Origin: Eledone cirrhosa
Taxonomy: Eukaryota
Length of the DNA stretch: 64,000 bases
Direction: 5' to 3'
Assembly (NCBI GenBank): GCA_964016885.1
Contig: CAXHJY010000168.1
Span: forward strand, 1 to 64,000
Positions within the stretch are counted from its first letter, which is position 1. Each line of letters starts with the position of its first letter. Shown one piece after another: positions 52,401 to 64,000 of the stretch. Below the pieces are notes generated by a model. That model made no database searches. It saw only the letters and a program-made list of their open reading frames with translations, and had not been told where the DNA came from. The translations under genes and the position numbers were made by a program.

Positions 52401-55400
52401 TTTATTTGAGGGATCCATTTTTTATTTGGGTGATCCATTTTTTGTTTGTGTGATCCATTTTTTATTTGGGAGATCCATTTTTTATTTGGGTGATTCATTT
52501 TTATTTGGGGGATCCATTTTTTATTTGTGTGATCCATTTTATATTTGGGGGATCCATTTTTTATTTGGGGGGATCCATTTTTTATTTGGGTGATCCATTT
52601 TTTATTTGGGTGATTCATTCGTTATTTGGGTGATCCATTTTTTATTTGGGTGATCCATTTTTTATTTGGGGGATCCATTTTTTAGTTGGGGGATCCATTC
52701 TATATTTGGGTGATCCATTTTTTATTTGGGTGATCCATTTTTTATTTGGGTGATACATTTTTTATTTGTATGATCCATTTTTTATTTGCGTGATCCATTT
52801 TTTATTTGGGGGATCCATTTTTTATTTGGGTGATCCATTTTTTATTTGGGTGATCCATTTTTTATTTGGGGGATCCATTTTTTATTTGGGTGATCCATTT
52901 TTTATTTGGGTGATCCATTTTTTATTTGAGGGATCCATTTTTTATTTGGGTGATCCATTTTTTATTTGGGTGATCCATTTTTTTATTTGGGGGATCCATT
53001 TTTTATTTGAGTGATCCATTTTTTATTTGGGTGATCCATTTTTTATTTGGGGGATCCATTTTTTATTTGGGTGATCCATTTTTTATTTGGGGGATCCATT
53101 TTTTATTTGGGGGATCCATTTTTTATTTGGGTGATCCATTTTTTATTTGGGGGATACATTTTTTATTTGGGTGATCCGTTTTTTATTTGGGTGATCCATT
53201 TTTTATTTGGGTGATCCATTTTTTATTTGGGGGATCCATTTTTTATTTGGGTGATCCATTTTTTATTTGGGTGATCTATTTTTTATTTGGGTGATCCATT
53301 TTTTATTTGTATGATCCATTTTTTATTTGCATGATCCATTTTTTATTTGGGGGATCCATTTTATATTTGGGTGATCCATTTTTTATTTGGGTGATCCATT
53401 TTTTATTTGGGGGATCCATTTTTTATTTGGGTGATCCATTTTTTATTTGGGGGATCCACTTTTTATTTGGGTGATCCATTTTTTATTTGGGTGATCCATT
53501 TTTTATTTGGGGGATCCATTTTTTATTTGGGTGATCCATTTTTTATTTGGGGGATCCATTATTTATTTGGGTGATCCATTTTTTATTTGGGTGATCCATT
53601 TTTTATTTGGGTGATCCATTTTTTATTTGAGGGATCCATTTTTTATTTGGGTGATCCATTTTTTGTTTGTGTGATCCATTTTTTATTTGGGAGATCCATT
53701 TTTTATTTGGGTGATTCATTTTTATTTGGGGGATCCATTTTTTATTTGTGTGATCCATTTTATATTTGGGGGATCCATTTTTTATTTGGGGGGATCCATT
53801 TTTTATTTGGGTGATCCATTTTTTATTTGGGTGATTCATTCGTTATTTGGGTGATCCATTTTTTATTTGGGTGATCCATTTTTTATTTGGGGGATCCATT
53901 TTTTAGTTGGGGGATCCATTCTATATTTGGGTGATCCATTTTTTATTTGGGTGATCCATTTTTTATTTGGGTGATACATTTTTTATTTGTATGATCCATT
54001 TTTTATTTGCGTGATCCATTTTTTATTTGGGGGATCCATTTTTTATTTGGGTGATCCATTTTTTATTTGGGTGATCCATTTTTTATTTGGGGATCCATTT
54101 TTTATTTGGGTGATCCATTTTTTATTTGGGTGATCCATTTTTTATTTGAGGGATCCATTTTTTATTTGGGTGATCCATTTTTTATTTGGGTGATCCATTT
54201 TTTTATTTGGGGGATCCATTTTTTATTTGAGTGATCCATTTTTTATTTGGGTGATCCATTTTTTATTTGGGGGATCCATTTTTTATTTGGGTGATCCATT
54301 TTTTATTTGGGGGATCCATTTTTTATTTGGGGGATCCATTTTTTATTTGGGTGATCCATTTTTTATTTGGGGGATACATTTTTTATTTGGGTGATCCGTT
54401 TTTTATTTGGGTGATCCATTTTTTATTTGGGTGATCCATTTTTTATTTGGGGGATCCATTTTTTATTTGGGTGATCCATTTTTTATTTGGGTGATCTATT
54501 TTTTATTTGGGTGATCCATTTTTTATTTGTATGATCCATTTTTTATTTGCATGATCCATTTTTTATTTGGGGGATCCATTTTATATTTGGGTGATCCATT
54601 TTTTATTTGGGTGATCCATTTTTTATTTGGGGGATCCATTTTTTATTTGGGTGATCCATTTTTTATTTGGGGGATCCACTTTTTATTTGGGTGATCCATT
54701 TTTTATTTGGGTGATCCATTTTTTATTTGGGGGATCCATTTTTTATTTGGGTGATCCATTTTTTATTTGATTGATACATTTTTTATTTGAGGGATCCATT
54801 TTTTCTTTGGGTGATCCATTTTTTATTTGGGTGATCCATTTTTTATTTGGGGGATCCATTTTTTATTTGGGTGAACCATTTTTTATTTGGGTGATCCATT
54901 TTTTATTTGGGGGATCCACTTTTTATTTGGGTGATCCATTTTTTATTTGGGGGATCCATTTTTTATTTGGGGGATCCATTTTTAAATTTGGGTGATGCAT
55001 TTTTTATTTGGGGGATCCATTTTTTATTTGGGTGATCCATTTTTTATTTGGGTGATCCATTTTTTATTTGGGGGATCCATTTTTTATTTGGGTGATCCAT
55101 TTTTTATTTGGGTGATCCATTTTTTATTTGAGGGATCCATTTTTTATTTGGGTGATCCATTTTTTATTTTGGGGATCCATTTCTTATTTGGGTGATCCAT
55201 TTTTTATTTGGGGGATCCATTTTTTATTTGGGGGATCCATTTTTTATTTGGGGGATCCATTTTTTATTTGTGTGATCCATTTTATATTTGGGTGATCCAT
55301 TTTTTATTTGGGGGATCCATTTTTTATTTGGGTGATCCATTTTTTATTTGGGTGATCCATTTTTTATTTGGGGAATCCATTTTTTATTTTGGGGATCCAT

Positions 55401-58400
55401 TTTTTATTTGGGTGATCCATTTTTATTTGGGGGATCCATTTTTTGTTTGGGGGATCCATTTTTTATTTGGGTGATCCATTTTTTATTTGGGGGATGAATT
55501 TTTTATTTGGGGGATCCACTTTTTATTTGGGTGATCCATTTTTTATTTGGGGGATCCATTTTTTATTTGGGTGATCCATTTTTTATTTGGGGGATCCATT
55601 TTTTATTTGAGGGATCCATTTTTTATTTGGGTGATCCATTTTTTATTTGAGTGATCCATTTTTTATTGGGAGGATCCATTTTTTATTTGGGTGATCCATT
55701 TTTTATTTGGGTGATCCATTTTTTATTTGGGTGATCCATTTTTTATTTGGGTGATCCATTTTTTATTTGGGGAATCCATTTTTTATTTTGGGGATCCATT
55801 TTTTATTTGGGTGATCCATTTTTTATTTGGGGGATCCATTTTTTATTTGGGGGATCCATTTTTTATTTGGGTGATCCATTTTTTATTTGGGGGATCCATT
55901 TTTTATTTGGGTGATCCATTTTTTATTTGGGTGATCCATTTTTTATTTGAGGGATCCATTTTTTATTTGGGTGATCCATTTTTTATTTGAGTGATCCTTT
56001 TTTTATTTGGGGGATCCATTTTTTATTTGGGTGATCCATTTTTTATTTGGGTGATCCATTTTTTATTTGGGGGATCCATTTTTTATTTGGGTGATCCATT
56101 TTTTATTTGGGGGATCCATTTTTTATTTGGGGGATCCATTTTTTATTTGGGTGATCCATTTTTTATTTGGGGGATCCATTTTTTATTTGGGGGATCCATT
56201 TTTTATTTGGGGGATCCATTTTTTATTTGGGTGATCCATTTTTTATTTGGGGGTTCCATTTTTTATTTGGGTGATACATTTTTTATTTGGGGGATCCATT
56301 TTTTATTTGAGGGATCCATTTTTTATTTGGGTGATCCATTTTTTATTTGAGTGATCCATTTTTTATTGGGGGGATCCATTTTTTATTTGGGTGATCCATT
56401 TTTTATTTGGGTGATCCATTTTTTATTTGGGGGATCCATTTTTTATTTGGGTGATCCATTTTTTATTTGGGGGATCCATTTTTTATTTGGGGGATCCATT
56501 TTTTATTTGGGTGATCCATTTTTTAATTGAGGGATCCATTTTTTATTTGGGTGATCCATTTTTTATTTGGGTGATCCATTTTTTATTTGGGGGATCCATT
56601 TTTTATTTGGGTGATCCATTTTTTATTTGATTGATCCATTTTTTATTTGAGGGATCCATTTTTTCTTTGGGTGATCCATTTTTTATTTGGGTGATCCATT
56701 TTTTATTTGGGGGATCCATTTTTTATTTGGGTGATCCATTTTTTATTTGGGTGATCCATTTTTTATTTGGGTGATCCATTTTTTATTTGGGTGATACATT
56801 TTTTATTTGTATGATCCATTTTTTATTTGCGTGATCCATTTTTTATTTGGGGGATCCATTTTTTATTTGGGTGATCCATTTTTTATTTGGGTGATCCATT
56901 TTTTATTTGGGGGATCCATTTTTTATTTGGGTGATCCATTTTTTATTTGGGTGATCCATTTTTTATTTGAGGGATCCATTTTTTATTTGGGTGATCCATT
57001 TTTTATTTGGGTGATCCATTTTTTTATTTGGGGGATCCATTTTTTATTTGAGTGATCCATTTTTTATTTGGGTGATCCATTTTTTATTTGGGGGATCCAT
57101 TTTTTATTTGGGTGATCCATTTTTTTGGGGGGGGATCCATTTTTTATTTGGGGGATCCATTTTTTATTTGGGTGATCCATTTTTTATTTGGGGGATACAT
57201 TTTTTATTTGGGTGATCCGTTTTTTATTTGGGTGATCCATTTTTTATTTGGGTGATCCATTTTTTATTTGGGGGATCCATTTTTTATTTGGGTGATCCAT
57301 TTTTTATTTGGGTGATCTATTTTTTATTTGGGTGATCCATTTTTTATTTGTATGATCCATTTTTTATTTGCATGATCCATTTTTTATTTGGGGGATCCAT
57401 TTTATATTTGGGTGATCCATTTTTTATTTGGGTGATCCATTTTTTATTTGGGGGACCCATTTTTTATTTGGGTGATCCATTTTTTATTTGGGGGATCCAC
57501 TTTTTATTTGGGTGATCCATTTTTTATTTGGGTGATCCATTTTTTATTTGGGGGATCTATTTTTTATTTGGGTGATCCATTTTTTATTTGATTGATACAT
57601 TTTTTATTTGAGGGATCCATTTTTTCTTTGGGTGATCCATTTTTTATTTGGGTGATCCATTTTTTATTTGGGGGATCCATTTTTTATTTGGGTGATCCAT
57701 TTTTTATTTGGGTGATCCATTTTTTATTTGGGGGATCCACTTTTTATTTGGGTGATCCATTTTTTATTTGGGGGATCCATTTTTTATTTGGGGGATCCAT
57801 TTTTTATTTGGGTGATGCATTTTTTATTTGGGGGATCCATTTTTTATTTGGGTGATCCATTTTTTATTTGGGTGATCCATTATTTATTTGGGGGATCCAT
57901 TTTTTATTTGGGTGATCCATTTTTTATTTGGGTGATCCATTTTTTATTTGAGGGATCCATTTTTTATTTGGGTGATCCATTTTTTATTTTGGGGATCCAT
58001 TTCTTATTTGGGTGATCCATTTTTTATTTGGGGGATCCATTTTTTATTTGGGGGATCCATTTTTTATTTGGGGGATCCATTTTTTATTTGTGTGATCCAT
58101 TTTATATTTGGGTGATCCATTTTTTATTTGGGGGATCCATTTTTTATTTGGGTGATCCATTTTTTATTTGGGTGATCCATTTTTTATTTGGGGAATCCAT
58201 TTTTTATTTTGGGGATCCATTTTTTATTTGGGTGATCCATTTTTATTTGGGGGATCCATTTTTTATTTGGGGGATCCATTTTTTATTTGGGTGATCCATT
58301 TTTTATTTGGGGGATGAATTTTTTATTTGGGGGATCCACTTTTTATTTGGGTGATCCATTTTTTATTTGGGGGATCCATTTTTTATTTGGGTGATCCATT

Positions 58401-61400
58401 TTTCATTTGGGGGATCCATTTTTTATTTGGAGGATCCATTTTTTATTTGGGTGATCCATTTTTTATTTGGGGGATCCATTTTTTATTTGGGGGATCCATT
58501 TTTTATTTGGGTGATCCATTTTTTATTTGGGTGATCCATTTTTTATTTGGGGAATCCATTTTTTATTTTGGGGATCCATTTTTTATTTGGGTGATCCATT
58601 TTTTATTTGGGGGATCCATTTTTTATTTGGGGGATCCATTTTTTATTTGGGTGATCCATTTTTTATTTGGGGGATCCATTTTTTATTTGGGTGATCCATT
58701 TTTTATTTGGGTGATCCATTTTTTATTTGAGGGATCCATTTTTTATTTGGGTGATGCATTTTTTATTTGGGGGATCCATTATTTATTTGGGTGATTCGTT
58801 TTTTATTTTGGTGATCCATTTTTTATTTGGGTGATCCATATTTTATTTGGGTGATCCATTTTTTATTTTGGGGATCCATTTTTTATTTGGGTGATCCATT
58901 TTTTATTTGGGGGATACATTTTTTATTTGGGGGATCCATTTTTTATTTGGGTGATCCATTTTTTATTTGAGGGATCCATTTTTTATTTGGGTGATCCATT
59001 TTTTATTTGAGTGATCCATTTTTTATTGGGGGGATCCATTTTTTATTTGGGTGATCCATTTTTTATTTGGGTGATCCATTTTTTATTTGGGGGATCCATT
59101 TTTTATTTGGGTGATCCATTTTTTATTTGCGGTTCCATTTTTTATTTGGGGGAATCCATTTTTTATTTGGGTGATCCATTTTTTATTTGGGCGATCCATT
59201 TTTTATTTGAGGGATCCATTTTTTATTTGGGTGATCCATTTTTTATTTGGGGGATCCATTATTTATTTGGGTGATTCGTTTTTTATTTTGGTGATCCATT
59301 TTTTATTTGGGTGATCCATATTTTATTTGGGTGATCCATTTATTATTTTGGGGATCCATTTTTTATTTGGGTGATCCATTTTTTATTTGGGGGATACATT
59401 TTTTATTTGGGGGATCCATTTTTTATTTGGGTGATCCATTTTTTATTTGGGGGATCCATTTTTTATTTGGGTGATCCATTTTTAATTTGGGGGATCCATT
59501 TTTTATTTGAGGGATCCATTTTTTATTTGGGTGATCCATTTTTTATTTGAGTGATCCATTTTTTATTGGGGGGATCCATTTTTTATTTGGGTGATCCATT
59601 TTTTATTTGGGTGATCCATTTTTTATTTGAGTGATCCATTTTTTATTGGGGGCATCCATTTTTTATTTGGGTGATCCATTTTTTATTTGGGTGATCCAAT
59701 TTTTTATTTGGGGGATCCATTTTTTATTTGGGTGATCCATTTTTTATTTGGGGGATCCATTTTTTATTTGGGGGATCCATTTTTTATTTGGGTGATCCAT
59801 TTTTTATTTGGGGGCTCCATTTTTTATTTGGGTGATCCATTTTTTATTTGGGTGATCCATTTTTTATTTGGGGGATCCATTTTTTATTTGGGTGATCCAT
59901 TTTTTATTTGATTGATCCATTTTTTATTTGAGGGATCCATTTTTTCTTTGGGTGATCCATTTTTTATTTGGGTGATCCATTTTTTATTTGGGGGATCCAT
60001 TTTTTATTTGGGTGATCCATTTTTTTATTTGGGTGATCCATTTTTTATTTGGGGGATCCATTTTTTATTTGGGGGATCCATTTTTTATTTGGGTGATCCA
60101 TTTTTTATTTGGGGGATCCATTTTATATTTTGGGATCCATTTTTTATTTGGGTGATCCATTTTTTATTTGGGGGATCCATTTTTTATTTGGGTGATCCAT
60201 TTTTTATTTGGGTGATCCATTTTTTATTTGATTGATCCATTAATTATTTGAGGGATCCATTTTTTCTTTGGGTGATCCATCTTTTCTTTGGGTGATCCAT
60301 TTTTTATTTGGGGGATCCATTTTTTATTTGGGTGATCCATTTTTTATTTGGGTGATCCATTTTTTATTTGGGGGATCCACTTTTTATTTGGGGTATCCAT
60401 TTTTTATTTGGGGGATCCATATTTTATTTGGGGGATCCATTTTTTATTTGGGTGATCCATTTTTTATTTGGGTGATCCATTTTTTATTTGGGTGATCCAT
60501 TTTTTATTTGGGTGATCCATTTTTTATTTGGGTGATCCATTTTTTATTTGGGTGATCCATTTTTTATTTGGGTGATCCATTTTTTATTTTGGGGATCCAT
60601 TTCTTATTTGGGTGATCCATTTTTTATTTGGGGGATCCATTTTTTATTTGGGGGATCCATTTTTTATTTGGGTGATCCATTTTTTATTTGGGGGATCCAT
60701 TTTTTATTTGGGTGATCCATTTTTTATTTGGGTGATCCATTTTTTATTTGGGTGATCCATTTTTTATTTGGGGGATCCATTTTTTATTTGGGTGATCCAT
60801 TTTTTATTTGGGTGATCCATTTTTTATTTGGGGAATCCATTTTTTATTTTGGGGATCCATTTTTTATTTGGGGGATCCATTTTTTATTTGGGTGATCCAT
60901 TTTTTATTTGGGTGATCCATTATTTTATTTGGGGGATCCATTTTTTATTTGGGTGATCCATTTTTTATTTGGGTGATACATTTTTTATTTGGGGGATCCA
61001 TTTTTTATTTGGGTGATCCATTTTTTATTTGTGTCATCCATTTTTTATTTGGGTGATCCATTTTTTATTTGGGTGATCCATTTTTTATTTGGGGGATCCA
61101 TTTTTTATTTGGGTGATCCATTTTTTATTTGGGGGATCCATTTTTTATTTGGGTGATCCATTTTTTATATGAGGGATCCATTTTTTATTTGGGTGATCCA
61201 TTTTTTATTTGGGTGAACCATTTTTTATTTGGGTGATCCATTTTTTATTTGAGAGATTCATTTTTTATTTGGGTGATCCATTTTTTATTTGGGTGATCCA
61301 TTTTTGATTTGGGGGATCCATTTTTTATTTGGGTGATCCCTTTTTTATTTGGGTGATCTATTTTTTTGGGGGGGGATCCTTTTTTATTTGGGTGATCCAT

Positions 61401-62498
61401 TTTTTATTTGGGGTATCCATTTTTTATTTGGGGGATCCATTTTTTATTTGGGTGATCCATTTTTTATTTGGGGGATCCATTTTTTATTTGGGGGATCCAT
61501 TTTTTATTTGGGTGATCCATTTTTCATTTGTGGGATCCATTTTTTATTTGGGTGATCCATTTTTTACTTGGGTGATCCATTTTTTATTTGAGGGATGCAT
61601 TTTCTATTTGGGTGATCCATTTTTTATTTGGGTGATCCATTTTTTATTTGGGGGGATCCATTTTTTATTAGGGTGATCCATATTTTATTTGGGTGATACA
61701 TTTTTTATTTTGGGGATCCATTTTTTATTTGGGTGATCCATTTTTATTTGGGGGATCCATTTTTTATTTGGGGGATCCATTTTTCATTTGGGTGATCCAT
61801 ATTTTATTTGGGGGATCCATTTTTTATTTGGGTGATCCATTTTTTATTTGGGTGATCCATTTTTTATTTGAGGGATCCATTTTTTATTTGGGTGATCCAT
61901 TTTTTATTTGGGGGATCCATTTTTTATTTGGGTGATCCATTTTTTATTTGGGTGATCCATTTTTTATTTGGGTGATCCATTTTTTATTTTGGGGATCCAT
62001 TTTTTATTTGGGTGATCCATTTTTTATTTGGGGGATCCATTTTTTATTTGGGGGATCCATTTTTTATTTGAGTGATCCATTTTTTATTTGGGGGATCCAT
62101 TTTTTATTTGGGGGATCCATTTTTTATTTGGGTGATCCATTTTTTATTTGGGTGATCCATTTTTTATTTGGGCGATGCATTTTTTATTTGGGGGATCCAT
62201 TTTCTATTTGGGTGATCCATTTTTTATTTGGGTGATCCATTTTTTATTTGGGGGATCCATTTTTTATTGGGGGGATCCATTTTTTATTTGGGGGGATCCA
62301 TTTTTTATTTGGGGGATCCATTTTTTATTTAGGTGATCCATTTTTTATTTGGGCGATCCAGTTTTTATTTGGGGGATCCAGTTTTTATTTGGGTGATCCA
62401 TTTTTTATTCGGGTGATCCATTTTTTATTTGGGTGATCCATTTTTTATTTGGGTGATCCATTTTTTATTTGGGTGATCCATTTTTTATTTGGGGGATC

Positions 62499-63051
62499 TG
62501 TAGTGACCTACATTCCGCGGGCTCACATACATTCTCTGTGCGTGATTTGGCTCAGTTCAGCCAATCAGCGCCAGTAGAAGAGGATGTATCCCTACGCGCC
62601 CTGAGGAAGAAATTCACCGCGAAGATTTGAAGAATCTCGGTCTTGTACCGGAAACTTCAAGCCAGCAACACGCATAATGTAACAGTGAGATATTGCACCC
62701 CTAGCCTCGCCGGCTTAACGGCGCAATGGCACATTCCCTAATGTAACCTCTTTTTATCTGTAACTTCAACCATATAAATAAACAAACATTTCATCTCTAA
62801 TTACTGCAGTTGAAGTCGTTGTTATGTTACTCCTGTCTCAATGACATCTTTAATCCATGCTGCTGGAATTGGCGACCTGACGAAAGGAATATTGTAAATA
62901 GATGGTAAATAGATCATGGGACCTTCCCTCACGTCTATGCCGACAAGATAATCCAACGAGGATACTATCACTTACCACACTGGCAACTAAAGACCACTGA
63001 TTCTACCACCCTGCTAAAGTGGCAATAACATCTACAACTAATACTGCTAAA
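62499..63051 (+). mobile_element. 553-bp LTR-like remnant, copy 4
   Basis: Matches copy 1 except A>G at 62728 (element position 230). GATC at 62495-62498 and 63052-63055. Its flanks are slightly more diverged than those of copies 1-3. Confidence 0.72.
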
Positions 63052-64000
63052 GATCCATTTTTTATTTGGGGGATCCATTTTTTATTTGAGAGATTCATTT
63101 TTTATTTGGGTGATCCATTTTTTATTTGGGTGATCCATTTTTGATTTGGGGGATCCATTTTTTATTTGGGTGATCCCTTTTTTATTTGGGTGATCTATTT
63201 TTTATTTGGGGGATCCTTTTTTATTTGGGTGATCCATTTTTTATTTGGGGTATCCATTTTTTATTTGGGGGATCCATTTTTTATTTGGGTGATCCATTTT
63301 TTATTTGGGGGATCCATTTTTTATTTGGGGGATCCATTTTTTATTTGGGTGATCCATTTTTCATTTGTGGGATCCATTTTTTATTTGGGTGATCCATTTT
63401 TTACTTGGGTGATCCATTTTTTATTTGAGGGATGCATTTTTTATTTGGGTGATCCATTTTTTATTTGGGTGAACCATATTTTATTTGGGGGGATCCATTT
63501 TTTATTAGGGTGATCCATATTTTATTTGGGTGATACATTTTTTATTTTGGGGATCCATTTTTTATTTGGGTGATCCATTTTTATTTGGGGGATCCATTTT
63601 TTATTTGGGGGATCCATTTTTCATTTGGGTGATCCATATTTTATTTGGGGGATCCATTTTTTATTTGGGTGATCCATTTTTTATTTGGGTGATCCATTTT
63701 TTATTTGAGGGATCCATTTTTTATTTGGGTGATCCATTTTTTATTTGGGGGATCCATTTTTTATTTGTGGGATCCATTTTTTATTTGGGTGATCCATTTT
63801 TTATTTGGGGGATCCATTTTTTATTTGGGTGATCCATTTTTTATTTGGGTGATCCATTTTTTATTTGGGTGATCCATTTTTTATTTGGGTGATCCATTTT
63901 TTATTTGGGTGATCCATTTTTTATTTGGGTGATCCATTTTTTATTTGGGGGATCCATTTTTTATTTGGGGGATCCATTTTTTATTTGGGTGATCCATTTT

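Larger units (their letters stand above)
1..64000. repeat. 20-bp tandem satellite array, consensus GATCCATTTTTTATTTGGG(G/T), about 3,090 monomers, interrupted only by four 553-bp inserts and running off both window ends
   Basis: The 20-bp period is directly visible throughout. There are two major monomer alleles (GGGG-GATCC and GGGT-GATCC) plus scattered substitutions and 1-bp indels in the T and G runs. No inversion was seen. Confidence 0.99.

Noticed and set aside
52382-53839. Two 78-aa minus-strand ORFs
   Set aside because: Antisense satellite translation. The minus strand of the consensus lacks stops, and these ORFs are merely delimited by a rare variant inside the 1221-bp duplication.
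9-63832. Numerous + strand ORFs encoding (GGSIFYLGDPFFIWVIHFLF)n, up to 220 aa
   Set aside because: These are translations of three 20-bp monomers. The same peptide appears in all frames, the starts are mostly TTG/GTG, and stops and frameshifts follow satellite variants. No sign of coding constraint.
1-64000. CRISPR array
   Set aside because: Monomers abut directly with no unique spacers, no leader and no cas genes.
1-64000. G-quadruplex array from the GGG/GGGGG runs
   Set aside because: The G-runs are separated by about 15-17 nt, far longer than canonical loops, so stable G4 formation is not supported by the sequence alone.
1-64000. Bacterial Dam-site (GATC) cluster or iteron array
   Set aside because: A gene-free array of at least 64 kb with an LTR-like insert fits eukaryotic satellite DNA. 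The GATC density simply follows from the monomer sequence.
1-64000. A single regular higher-order repeat
   Set aside because: Block offsets (about 17.7, 24.1, 25.7, 36.3 and 38.8 kb) and insert spacings are inconsistent with one period. The structure is a patchwork.

Overview
The window is non-coding satellite DNA with no credible protein-coding gene. About 96.5% is a head-to-tail array of a 20-bp monomer, consensus GATCCATTTTTTATTTGGG(G/T), roughly 3,090 copies, all in one orientation. Every ORF in the supplied track is a translation artefact of this repeat. The array is interrupted four times (9439-9991, 35124-35676, 48240-48792, 62499-63051) by the same 553-bp unique sequence. It starts TGTAGT, is flanked by GATC on both sides, and carries a CCAAT box, an overlapping TATAAA/AATAAA, a GT-rich tract and a tRNA-Arg-like PBS motif. 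It most likely is an LTR-retrotransposon remnant: a solo LTR, or a 5' LTR plus a truncated leader. All four copies share the same rare satellite variants in their flanks, so this is one insertion copied by array amplification. Rare monomer variants show a nested, irregular hierarchy of duplications, from 60 bp through 0.2-2.8 kb to offsets of 12-39 kb. The source is probably eukaryotic heterochromatin (inference); the organism and chromosomal position cannot be determined from this window.
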